NCBI GenBank assembly: GCA_964520615.1
Contig: CAZFNL010000137.1
Location: 84,898-148,897 of the forward strand
Direction of reading: 5' to 3'
Length of the DNA stretch: 64,000 bases
Source: an uncultured Gammaproteobacteria bacterium
GTDB lineage: Bacteria > Patescibacteriota > Microgenomatia > 2-02-FULL-39-11
Position numbers and translations under genes: made by a program. This document shows positions 49,504-58,545 of the stretch, piece after piece; the stretch's first letter is position 1, and every line of letters starts with the position of its first letter. The notes beneath the pieces are model-generated. The model saw only the letters and a program-made list of their open reading frames with translations. It was not told where the DNA came from and did not search any database.

Positions 49504-51192
49504 TCATTCCGATAGCTTTATTCTACACTTATTAGCCTCATTCACCAAATATCCCGACAGTATTCGATAGGGGTCAACATAAGGCAATGCACGAAACCTT
49601 ACAAGGGTCTGGAATGGGAAAGAAAACTCACCAAAAAATGGACTCGTGCTTTTTATACCAAACAGTTTATCTGATCCTGTCATAAGGCCAAAGTATTTTA
49701 CATTTCCGACATCGGCAAAACGCAGTCCCCCCCTGAATTTATGGTAAGAACCGACATAATGGGCAATAACCAATTGTTTTAACCAATTATTCAGCTTTTC
49801 CCCAACGGAATAATTCATACTTGTAGTAAATATTTCTTTACCATCCAGGAAAATATCTTCTTTTTTCAGCTCTAACATATATTTTCTCTCTGAATCTGAT
49901 TGCCCCTCTGTCACCTCAAGTTTTATATCGCTTCCTACACGTTTTGATTTAATGCTGGTGACATGTGAAAGAAGCGTCAGGCTTTTTTTATTTTGAGCTT
50001 CGTCTACACAGGAAGGCATAAATCTTTTCAATACGGTACTTACGTCTCCTGCAGAAATATCGGAAAAAGTGTAACTACTACCATATGTTTTCAGGTCACG
50101 CAGTATAAGTTTATCACCGTCCATGAGGAGTCCCGCACGATAATATGCCGATGTATACCAATAAGCGTGCTGCCGCTTATTTTTGTAATCCGGAGACTCA
50201 ATAAAATATGAATAGTCGGAATTTTTCTGTACTTTATCAAAAATTGAGGCAAAATCACTCATTTTCGAAAATACAATTTGAGTACCGCTCTTATAAGATA
50301 GGAGATATTGTATCTGCAGTTTCAATTCATCGCCGTACTTTGCGCTTTCCATCCCTGTCTCAAGACCTATTGTCAACTGGTTTAAGTCATTATCAGCAAA
50401 TAAATACTGACTGGTCAAATAGCCGAAATAAGAAATATTAAAACCGTGCGATATATAATCATTTGCCTGAACCGAATAAGTGGAATTATTCACTGTTGTA
50501 CCGTATCCCCTAACAGAATCCCTTTGGGCCCACTGCAAAACCACAAGAGGCAGCACTCCACTTCCTGAAGCCGGAGTAAGGGGATTGAGTTTTGAAGGCG
50601 AATAAGGCGTCCCCCAAGGCTGTCCCCAAAGCCCGTATTTATCTGTACTGTATTGGTCGCTACAGTCTAAAAGCGCAGAAATTTTATACTTTTGAGACAT
50701 ATAATTTACGGAAACTGCATCAATATACCAGGCGCCAACCGACTTTGGATAATACCCAAAAACCTGCCTGAATTTTTCAAAAGCAGCATCAATCATCCTT
50801 TCACGCTCAAAAGGGGTATAACCAGACAGAAAAACCTTATCCGGTCTGGCCCAGTCACCCTCTCCAATAAGATACGGCACCTGGCTATCTGTAGCCAGGT
50901 TTTCATCAACCTCAAGAAGTAACCCTACCTCCTGTCCGGAAGGAAGATTTTTGAGAATATCAATAACGCTTTTGTCTTTTAGGTTTCCGTATTGCACAAG
51001 CCATGTACTGTTTACTTTGAGTGAAGCGACCATGCTTGCTTCTTTTACCAAACCTTCCTTATCCTGCCAAAGATACTTATCCCGGACAGGACTTACTAAA
51101 GTCACAAAAACTCGCGGTTGGAAGGCAAAAATTTTTTTGGCGGGAATTGCCAAAAAAACAAGAAGTATAAAAATTGTTAGAAACCTCTTCAC
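49504..51192 (-). CDS. Large exported or membrane-anchored protein of unknown function. The proposed GTG start overlaps the wzx stop (GTGA).
   Basis: The ORF-track start at 51390 overlaps wzx by about 200 nt. The GTG at 51192 gives MKRFLTIFILLVFLAIPAKK, a signal peptide or anchor, followed by about 540 aa of hydrophilic sequence with no recognisable motif. Confidence 0.4.
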   Translation of the reverse strand: MKRFLTIFILLVFLAIPAKKIFAFQPRVFVTLVSPVRDKYLWQDKEGLVKEASMVASLKVNSTWLVQYGNLKDKSVIDILKNLPSGQEVGLLLEVDENLATDSQVPYLIGEGDWARPDKVFLSGYTPFERERMIDAAFEKFRQVFGYYPKSVGAWYIDAVSVNYMSQKYKISALLDCSDQYSTDKYGLWGQPWGTPYSPSKLNPLTPASGSGVLPLVVLQWAQRDSVRGYGTTVNNSTYSVQANDYISHGFNISYFGYLTSQYLFADNDLNQLTIGLETGMESAKYGDELKLQIQYLLSYKSGTQIVFSKMSDFASIFDKVQKNSDYSYFIESPDYKNKRQHAYWYTSAYYRAGLLMDGDKLILRDLKTYGSSYTFSDISAGDVSTVLKRFMPSCVDEAQNKKSLTLLSHVTSIKSKRVGSDIKLEVTEGQSDSERKYMLELKKEDIFLDGKEIFTTSMNYSVGEKLNNWLKQLVIAHYVGSYHKFRGGLRFADVGNVKYFGLMTGSDKLFGIKSTSPFFGEFSFPFQTLVRFRALPYVDPYRILSGYLVNEANKCRIKLSE

Positions 51193-52637
51193 GGCTTTAA
51201 CTTGAAAGATTTGGGTATATAAGGCAATATCTGGTTTCTCATCCAAAACCAGGTTAACGCTAGATAGACTGATCCCGAAAGTATCATTGCCAAAGCAAAT
51301 GTATATATGCTTGCCGCGTGCTGTATCAATATATATAAAGGTAGAGACATAAGAATTGTGGCTATAAGGGGTTTTTGCATAGGTTCCCACACTTTGAAAA
51401 CTATATAGCGCCTCATTATAACTATCGGAATAAATCCTGTCGATGAAATAAGAAGTGCTGCCAATGCCACACCGCTATAACCTATCTTGAGCGTAAAAAG
51501 TGGCACCAGGGCCCATGTCAGAACTGTCCACATCACCATTAGAACCAGAGTGGTCTTTATTTTACCCAGAGCGTTCAGGGCATTGACAAGGGGACTCGAA
51601 AAAGCGGCAAATATACTGCCGGCAGCAAATAAATAAAAAGCAAAGACTGCCGGTTCCCATTTGGAATATTTGGGAATGATATGTATAAGTGTCTGCATGG
51701 AAAAAACCAGGACGACTGTAGCCGGAAATATAAAAAACGCTAGGAAAAAAATTGTCTTTTCAAGAGCTTTTCCGAGCACTTCCTTATGATTCTGTAGTCT
51801 GGAGTAAGCCGGAAATGTCACCCTGATAACACTGTCAATTATGGCTCTCAGAGCCGATTCGCCCCATTTCTTTGCCCAACCGACATATCCCACTTGAAAC
51901 GCAGGCAAAATACTGCCCAGAAAAAGCGTCATAAGATCATCCTTTATAAGCGCCAGAAAAGAATTTGTCTGAAAAGGTATTCCAAAAGATATTAACTCCT
52001 TTATGGGTTCAAGAGAAAGTCCTATTCCAGGCTTCCAGGGGGAAATATAGTAGATTGCAATAACCCCGACAATCCCCCTGACAATTGCCCCCCAGGCAAA
52101 GCTGGCAATACCAAAATTCATAAAGGCCAAAATCACAGTCACGATATAATAGGCTACCGTCTCAACAATCTGTGATACGGCCAAAAGGGCAAAATCAAGC
52201 TTCCTCTCAAGAAGAAGTGACGGAATTGTCTTTAGTGACGACAGGAAAAAGGAAATAAGAAGCGCATATAAAAGGAACATCCCTTCCGAACTTAACTTAT
52301 AGATATGGGATAAAAGCGGCGACAGGAAAAAAACTATGCCGACAATGGTAATGACCAATAGTTCCTGCAAAGTGAAAACTGATACCAGTTCTTTCCGGCT
52401 GGGCTCCTGCTTTTTCTGTATCAGTGCAGCTGCCAGTCCGACATCGGAAAAATAGGAAAGGAATGAAATCACTGCCGAAACTATAAAAAAGACTCCGAAA
52501 ATCGCCGGCGTCAGAACAATTGTCAGAAGGAAATTTGCCACGAAGGAAAATATGTTCAGAAGAATGTTTCTGGTTGACAGCGCCACCACCCCGCTTATGA
52601 TCTTGCCTTTTATCGTGACAATATCTTCCTCTATCAT
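51189..52637 (-). CDS. wzx: Wzx-like oligosaccharide flippase (polysaccharide biosynthesis protein, MOP/PST family).
   Basis: 482 aa. LSTRNILLNIFSFVANFLLTIVLTPAIFGVFFIVSAVISFLSYFSDVGLAAALIQKK is typical of PST-family flippases. There are about 12-14 TM segments. Confidence 0.7.
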   Translation of the reverse strand: MIEEDIVTIKGKIISGVVALSTRNILLNIFSFVANFLLTIVLTPAIFGVFFIVSAVISFLSYFSDVGLAAALIQKKQEPSRKELVSVFTLQELLVITIVGIVFFLSPLLSHIYKLSSEGMFLLYALLISFFLSSLKTIPSLLLERKLDFALLAVSQIVETVAYYIVTVILAFMNFGIASFAWGAIVRGIVGVIAIYYISPWKPGIGLSLEPIKELISFGIPFQTNSFLALIKDDLMTLFLGSILPAFQVGYVGWAKKWGESALRAIIDSVIRVTFPAYSRLQNHKEVLGKALEKTIFFLAFFIFPATVVLVFSMQTLIHIIPKYSKWEPAVFAFYLFAAGSIFAAFSSPLVNALNALGKIKTTLVLMVMWTVLTWALVPLFTLKIGYSGVALAALLISSTGFIPIVIMRRYIVFKVWEPMQKPLIATILMSLPLYILIQHAASIYTFALAMILSGSVYLALTWFWMRNQILPYIPKSFKLKP

Positions 52638-52739
52638 TTGCTAATTATACTATAAAGAAAGATATAAATATGCGGTTTTATTAGGGATTAACTGATAATT
52701 TTACACCTGTGTATTAGATAATTTTTGAATTTGATAATT

Positions 52740-54116
52740 TCATTTAACGTAATCAGTTTTAATCTTGTTGTTATGGAAGAATGTCTGAAAGCCATCTTGA
52801 TCGTTGAGGGCTAGACGGTTTTCTGAGTTATCCGGAATATTAAATATTAACTTTTTGTAACCGGATAAAACCATTTCCTGCTTTGCTTTCTGCGTCAACT
52901 CGGCGGACAACTTTGCCCTTCGTGGGGCCCAATGAACTTTGTCATTTAGGGATACCGAGACTACGGAAAAAAGAAACCACACCAACATAAATATACCTAA
53001 AGATGCTTGTTGAAGTGCTTTGTTTGTCCATCGGATATAAGAGAATAACCAAACAAAAAAGATTATCAATCCCAAAAGAGATATTGGTAGATAATAAGCA
53101 AACTTGTGTCCGGAAAAAAGGAGTACCGGCAATAGACCGATCGCAAACCATAAAAGGGGAAAAGCTGTATACTTTCCCAGATTGCCTGCGTTTGCCTTTA
53201 CCCTGACAAAGTTTAGTAAACCGATAACGATTAGTGCTAAAAGTGCGATAAAAAGAAAATCGCTTACATATGCATACCAGGGATAATTGACTGTAATAAG
53301 GCGGTTGAAAAAAAGTATCCTGGTCATCTGTTCGGTCAATATTTCCGACCAGTTCAAACTCCAAAAAAGGTAAGTCTTTATGTTGGAGACTATATTCCAA
53401 CCGACTCCAAGATGATAGTTTCCCGAAGTTGGAGGAGAAAAAAGCGTGAAGCGCAAAAGGAAAAGCACTAACCCGGTTACAAAATAGATGAAGGTTGTTA
53501 AAAGCCGCTTTGCTTTATTGAAAAACAGAAGATATAAAAACAGGATAGCAGGTAAGACGACTATAATTTCATTTACCAGGAGTCCTGCGGTAAAAACAAT
53601 AAATGAGAGGGCATAATCGATTAAGTTTTTACTTTTTATATAGAAAAGAAAAAACAGGAAGGATGCGAAAAAAAAAGTTGGGCAAAGAATGAAAGCGTAA
53701 GTCGCAGACCAATACATGGGAATAAAATAGACACTTGAGACTGCATAAAGGAATGAAGCCGCAAGCGCAGTCTTTTTATTCTGCAAAAGCAAGAAAACTA
53801 GAATATAAACTAGGACAATATTCAGCGCGTGAGTAAGGAAAGTAAGGATATGAAACGGGAGTGGATTTATGCCAAAAAGCGTCTGCATAAGAAAAAAGGG
53901 TAACTGCATTCCCAAAGGCCGGTAATAGATAACGTCCTGTCTGGGAATAAAAAATCCGGCAATGTTTGCTATGCTTTTGACCTGACTGATTTTCAAAGAA
54001 AACCAGTCATCCTGAAAATAAAAAGCGCCAAAAGAATTGCGGTATAAAAAGGCGCTTGAGAGAATCGACAGAAGCAGAAAAAGAAGAGTTGTACCACTGA
54101 ATAATTTTTTAGTCAT
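52740..54116 (-). CDS. Polytopic membrane protein, uncharacterised (candidate polymerase/ligase or GT-C).
   Basis: 458 aa with at least 11 TM segments. It sits upstream of wzx. I recognised no family. Confidence 0.4.
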   Translation of the reverse strand: MTKKLFSGTTLLFLLLSILSSAFLYRNSFGAFYFQDDWFSLKISQVKSIANIAGFFIPRQDVIYYRPLGMQLPFFLMQTLFGINPLPFHILTFLTHALNIVLVYILVFLLLQNKKTALAASFLYAVSSVYFIPMYWSATYAFILCPTFFFASFLFFLFYIKSKNLIDYALSFIVFTAGLLVNEIIVVLPAILFLYLLFFNKAKRLLTTFIYFVTGLVLFLLRFTLFSPPTSGNYHLGVGWNIVSNIKTYLFWSLNWSEILTEQMTRILFFNRLITVNYPWYAYVSDFLFIALLALIVIGLLNFVRVKANAGNLGKYTAFPLLWFAIGLLPVLLFSGHKFAYYLPISLLGLIIFFVWLFSYIRWTNKALQQASLGIFMLVWFLFSVVSVSLNDKVHWAPRRAKLSAELTQKAKQEMVLSGYKKLIFNIPDNSENRLALNDQDGFQTFFHNNKIKTDYVK

Positions 54117-54513
54117 ACCTTTCTACATTTACAGTTTTACCGCCTTTTCCTGAAGAGATACCAAGGGCAATATAGTCTATGTCCTTGTTGCTATTATTAT
54201 CCATACGGTGGACAGTTTTTCTGGGTATAAAAATTGCGTCACCCTGATATAAAATATCCGACAAACTGCCTACTTTAACACAAATATTACGGCCAGACAG
54301 AATGATAAATATCTCATCCATATCCTCATGATAATGGGGAGTAAAACTTTTGCCGGCAAGAAGCCTTGCCCAGTTTACCATCTGTACCCTGCCCTTTATT
54401 TTCTGTTCACCAAAGCTTATCAAAACTTTTTTCAGGACTGAAGGATTTTCGGAGTCTTCATGTCCGGCTGGGATAAACTTCAATTTGTTTCCTCTTATTA
54501 TTTGAGGTTTCAT
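54109..54513 (-). CDS. Cupin-domain protein.
   Basis: 134 aa. HYHEDMDEIFIILSGRNICVKVG is a cupin motif 1-like sequence. Confidence 0.55.
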   Translation of the reverse strand: MKPQIIRGNKLKFIPAGHEDSENPSVLKKVLISFGEQKIKGRVQMVNWARLLAGKSFTPHYHEDMDEIFIILSGRNICVKVGSLSDILYQGDAIFIPRKTVHRMDNNSNKDIDYIALGISSGKGGKTVNVERYD

Positions 54514-54523
54514 AAAATTATCT

Positions 54524-54829
54524 TTAATTCCAAACTGACTTTACCAGGTCTACTGTATCAGCATTCCTAAACACTACTCCCTCTTTTCTCAACCGGGCTG
54601 ATTGTGCAACTTTACCCCCGAAAGCATAGCCATTTGCTATTTTTCCGTCACTCCTAACCACCCTGTGGCAGGGTATTTTTTGCGGGTCAGAATTTTGATG
54701 AAGAATTGCCCCAACCAACCTGGGATTTATTTTACCTGCTTTTACCGCAACAGCTTTATAAGTCATCACTTTGCCCTGGGGTATTTTTGCCACAATATTG
54801 TAAACTCTTTTAGTTGTGTCGCTTTTCAT
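54524..54829 (-). CDS. MGMT-family protein (O6-alkylguanine-DNA alkyltransferase DNA-binding/active-site domain only).
   Basis: 101 aa. VMTYKAVAVKAG and IPCHRVVRSDGKIANGYAFGG carry the PCHRV active-site Cys motif. It is not the PWHRV variant found in ATL proteins. Confidence 0.8.
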   Translation of the reverse strand: MKSDTTKRVYNIVAKIPQGKVMTYKAVAVKAGKINPRLVGAILHQNSDPQKIPCHRVVRSDGKIANGYAFGGKVAQSARLRKEGVVFRNADTVDLVKSVWN

Positions 54830-54852
54830 AGATATGATTATACAGGAAAAAG

Positions 54853-55617
54853 TCAGCTTTTTGACCCTGCACCTTTGGAGACGAGTGAAGATTGCGACCT
54901 GAGCCTGAAGTCATAAAAGAGCTTCATATATAAAAGCAGATAACTTTTGGTCATCTTATAAAGCTTGAAATTTGAAACACCTTCAACCCTATTGGTATAA
55001 ACTGTAGGCACCTCCCCCAACCTGAATCCCGAAAGCTGCGCTTTTATGGCAAATTCAGGAGAAATGCCAAAACCCACCGATTCCAGCTCGATTACGTCAA
55101 ACACTTCTTTTTTAAAAGCTCTGAAGGCGTTTGTGATATCGTGCACGGGAACGGCAAAAAGCAACCCAGCCATCCTTGTCCCCCAGGAGCTCAAAAAGGC
55201 TTTTAGAAAATCAAGATTTCCGCGGGAGCCACCTGGCATATAACGGGATCCGAAAACTATATCGTAGCCTTTCTGGATTTTCTTTATCATCTTCCCATAT
55301 GTCTCCACGTCATCAGACCTGTCCCCCATCGTCCATATGATTATTTTCCCTTTTGCGGCTTTTGTGCCTGCAATAAGTGACTTACCCATAGTGTTACCTT
55401 TTTCTTCTTTATCGGATTTCCTATATACAGGATGCACATTCTTGTACTTTTGGGCGGTCTTCCTCAGAATTTCGCCTGTCCCGTCTGTACTTCTATCGTC
55501 AACCGGTATTACCTCAAAATTTAATTTTTCTTTTTTTCCGTAGGAAACTACCCTTTTGATCATGGGAAGACAATTTTTGCTTTCGTTATGAAAGGGAATA
55601 ACAAAGGATATTTTCAT
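54853..55617 (-). CDS. Glycosyltransferase family 2 (DPM1-like polyprenyl-phosphate sugar synthase type).
   Basis: 254 aa. ISFVIPFHNESKNCLPMIKRV..FEVIPVDDRSTDGTGEIL. Confidence 0.8.
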   Translation of the reverse strand: MKISFVIPFHNESKNCLPMIKRVVSYGKKEKLNFEVIPVDDRSTDGTGEILRKTAQKYKNVHPVYRKSDKEEKGNTMGKSLIAGTKAAKGKIIIWTMGDRSDDVETYGKMIKKIQKGYDIVFGSRYMPGGSRGNLDFLKAFLSSWGTRMAGLLFAVPVHDITNAFRAFKKEVFDVIELESVGFGISPEFAIKAQLSGFRLGEVPTVYTNRVEGVSNFKLYKMTKSYLLLYMKLFYDFRLRSQSSLVSKGAGSKS

Positions 55618-56738
55618 CGCAGGCCACGTTTTTCTAATTCTTTGAGAGCAAAGTCCGTCTTGTCTACGGCTTTTTCATTCCTACCCCAATCAATGAGCTG
55701 GGATATGCCTTCTGTAAAATCCACATTTGTGTTCCAGCCCAATAATTCCTGTATTTTGGCTATGTCGGCATAGCAGTGGCGCACATCAAGCCTACGCACT
55801 TTATAAGTGACATCCGGCTCCAACTCGCTTTTGTGAAGTTTTATTATTATTTCTGCCACCTCTTTTATAGAAATTGGCTTGCCGGACCCGACGTTGAATA
55901 CCTGGTAGTTTGCTTCGTCCTTTTCCAGTGCGGCAATATTGGCAGCGGTCACATCTGACACATGAACAAAATCCCGAGTCTGCATGCCGTCTTCATTTAT
56001 AATAGGCGCCTTCCCGTTTTTTACCCGGCTCATGAAAATTGCCGCCACCCCGTTGTAGGGATTGGAAAGGCTTTGCCTGGGACCGTAGACATTGAAATAC
56101 CTCAAGGCCACGGAGGGTAAACCGTAAGCTTTGCCAAAAGTCAAAACCATCTCTTCCTGCTCCTTTTTCCCTATTGCATATATGGAATTGGAATTCTGTT
56201 TGGCATCCTCATTTGTGGGAGCGGGAAAAACCATCTGTTTACAATTGAGACAATAGATGTTGAAATCTTTTTTTGCCAGCTGTTCTTCGCTTCTTAGTGG
56301 AGGACGAACCAACCCGCATTTAGGACACCGGTATGTACCTTCGCCATAAGAACTCATTGACGCGGCGACAACTATTTTTTTCACCGTATGCTTTTCGTTA
56401 GCCAGTATATCAAGAAGAAGTGCGGTACCAAGGCTATTTACTTTGACATAATGCTCTATCTCATACATACTCTGTCCCACACCAACTGCCGCAGCCAGAT
56501 GCACTACCGCATCCACTCCGGCTATGGCCTTTTTCCAGTCGGCACGTCTTGTAACATCGCCTTTCATAAACTCTGCTTTTTTATTGAAATATTCAGGCAG
56601 TTTACCTGTCGGGTGTATTTGCCTGTAAAGATTGTCCAAAACACGGACTTTATAGCCCTTCCCTATAAGCCCGTCTAAAAGATGTGAACCGATAAACCCA
56701 GCTCCACCCGTTACCAAAATTTTATTAAATTTAAGCAT
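55614..56738 (-). CDS. NAD-dependent NDP-sugar epimerase/dehydratase with an inserted Cys4 zinc-ribbon.
   Basis: 374 aa. [18 protein letters not shown] is the Rossmann motif. The catalytic residues are S(124-ish) and YAIGK. Between them lies RCPKCGLVRPPLRSEEQLAKKDFNIYCLNCKQ (CxxC-x19-CxxC). Confidence 0.75.
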   Translation of the reverse strand: MLKFNKILVTGGAGFIGSHLLDGLIGKGYKVRVLDNLYRQIHPTGKLPEYFNKKAEFMKGDVTRRADWKKAIAGVDAVVHLAAAVGVGQSMYEIEHYVKVNSLGTALLLDILANEKHTVKKIVVAASMSSYGEGTYRCPKCGLVRPPLRSEEQLAKKDFNIYCLNCKQMVFPAPTNEDAKQNSNSIYAIGKKEQEEMVLTFGKAYGLPSVALRYFNVYGPRQSLSNPYNGVAAIFMSRVKNGKAPIINEDGMQTRDFVHVSDVTAANIAALEKDEANYQVFNVGSGKPISIKEVAEIIIKLHKSELEPDVTYKVRRLDVRHCYADIAKIQELLGWNTNVDFTEGISQLIDWGRNEKAVDKTDFALKELEKRGLR

Positions 56739-56762
56739 AATAAATCCTATCTTTATTATTTA

Positions 56763-57794
56763 TTATCTGAATATTTCAAACAATTTTTTGTTTTTCGTCA
56801 CCCACATATACAGTTTTTCTATACCCTTCTCCACTTTTATTTCCGGCCTCCAGCCCAAATCGCGGCCCACGAACCTGATATCGCTGACATATACTTTCTG
56901 GTCTCCCGGCCGCCAATCTGCAAATGCAGGCGTAAGCGTCTTTCCAAAAAGTCTTTCTAATATCGGCCCAAACTGGCTCCAGACCGACAGTATATTGTCC
57001 TTCCCCCCGCCCACATTATAGATCTTCCCGGCGGCTTTACCCTTTTTGGCTACGGCTGTTTCAAAAAGCCTCACCAGATCATCAATATAAAGCACGTCTC
57101 TTACCTGTTTGCCATCACCATAAATTGTGATTTTCTTCCCCAAAACCGTGGCAATTATAAACCAGGCTATCCATCCCTGGTCCTCTATGCCAAACTGCCT
57201 GGGACCGTATATACATGACTGGCGGAAAACTACTGTCGGAATCCCGTAAATCCTGCCGTAATCGCGTACGTACTGATCTGCCGCACCTTTGGAGCAGCCG
57301 TAAGGCGAGTGGAAATCCAGATTCATCTTTTCGGAGATTCCCTCTGGATAATCCCGGTATGCATACGTATCCTTTTTTTCCTTTATGACCACGTCTTCCA
57401 TCCCACCATATACTTTGTTGGTGGATGTAAAAATGATAAGAGGTTTAGACTTTGTCGACCGTATAGCTTCCAGAAGATTAAAAGTACCAAGTGCATTTAT
57501 GTCAAAATCAGTGCGGGGATCAAGAACTGAGGTGGTTACTGCCACCTGTGCCGCAAGATGGAATATGATATCTTTATCTTTTACCGCTTTTTTCAAATCA
57601 TTATATTTCCGGATATCCCCGGTAACAATATTCACATTGGGATACTCGGATTTCAACCATTTGGCATTCTCACGTGTACCCAATCTTTCAAAATTATCAA
57701 AAATTGTAACATCAAAACCTTTTTTGAGAAATCTGGCTGAAAGGTTTGAACCGATAAAACCCGCACCCCCCGTGATCAATAATTTAGTTTTCAT
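56763..57794 (-). CDS. CDP-paratose 2-epimerase (tyvelose epimerase, RfbE)-like extended SDR.
   Basis: 343 aa. LLITGGAGFIGSNL, FHLAAQVAVTTSV, STNKVYG, LDFHSPYGCSKGAADQY and GDGKQVRDVL match my recollection of tyvelose-epimerase-family motifs. Confidence 0.55.
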   Translation of the reverse strand: MKTKLLITGGAGFIGSNLSARFLKKGFDVTIFDNFERLGTRENAKWLKSEYPNVNIVTGDIRKYNDLKKAVKDKDIIFHLAAQVAVTTSVLDPRTDFDINALGTFNLLEAIRSTKSKPLIIFTSTNKVYGGMEDVVIKEKKDTYAYRDYPEGISEKMNLDFHSPYGCSKGAADQYVRDYGRIYGIPTVVFRQSCIYGPRQFGIEDQGWIAWFIIATVLGKKITIYGDGKQVRDVLYIDDLVRLFETAVAKKGKAAGKIYNVGGGKDNILSVWSQFGPILERLFGKTLTPAFADWRPGDQKVYVSDIRFVGRDLGWRPEIKVEKGIEKLYMWVTKNKKLFEIFR

Positions 57795-57798
57795 ATTA

Positions 57799-58545
57799 TT
57801 AATTCTGCCTATGTTTTAACTTATTCCATGGTCTTGTCAAAAACAATCTCCACAGACCTTCAAGATCACCATACACTGTTTTTAACACCCTGACTGTTGA
57901 ACCAGGATTATCTACCCAAAGAACAGGCTGTTCATATATCCTATATCCCAATTTCTCGCCCATAATCAACATTTCACTATCAAAAAACCAGGCATTATCC
58001 ACTATATGGGGGATAAGTTCTTTCACTGTTTTTCTGGTTACCGCCTTAAAACCACATTGTGCATCGGAAAACTTTGTCTGAAAGAAAAGCTTTATTAGTA
58101 TATTATACCCTCTTGAAAGTACTTCCCGCTTTATAGGCCTGCGCTTTACTTTTGATTGCAAAAGAAGTCTTGATCCAATCGCTATATCGTAACCTTCCAA
58201 CAAAGATCTCACAACCGGCTCAAGATTACGCAAATCGGTTGACAAGTCAACATCCATATACACAGACACGTCGGCGCGGCTCTGCCGCCATACCTTTTTT
58301 ACCGCCCTGCCGCGTCCTTTCTGGTCCAGATGGAAATATCCCACTCTCTTGTATTTTTTTGCCAGCTTTTTCGCAATATCAAGACTTCTGTCGGTCGAGG
58401 CGTTGTCTGCAATAGTAATTTTCCAGTCATAAAGAGTAAGATTTTTTTTGAGAAACGTCTGCAATTTTCTGACATTTATTTCAAGCTCTTCTTCCTCGTT
58501 AAATATCGGTATTACTATCTCTACTGATTTTTTCTTATTGGCCAT
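57799..58545 (-). CDS. Glycosyltransferase family 2.
   Basis: 248 aa. VEIVIPIFNEEEELEINVRKL..ITIADNASTDRSLDIAKKLA and MDVD. Confidence 0.8.
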   Translation of the reverse strand: MANKKKSVEIVIPIFNEEEELEINVRKLQTFLKKNLTLYDWKITIADNASTDRSLDIAKKLAKKYKRVGYFHLDQKGRGRAVKKVWRQSRADVSVYMDVDLSTDLRNLEPVVRSLLEGYDIAIGSRLLLQSKVKRRPIKREVLSRGYNILIKLFFQTKFSDAQCGFKAVTRKTVKELIPHIVDNAWFFDSEMLIMGEKLGYRIYEQPVLWVDNPGSTVRVLKTVYGDLEGLWRLFLTRPWNKLKHRQN

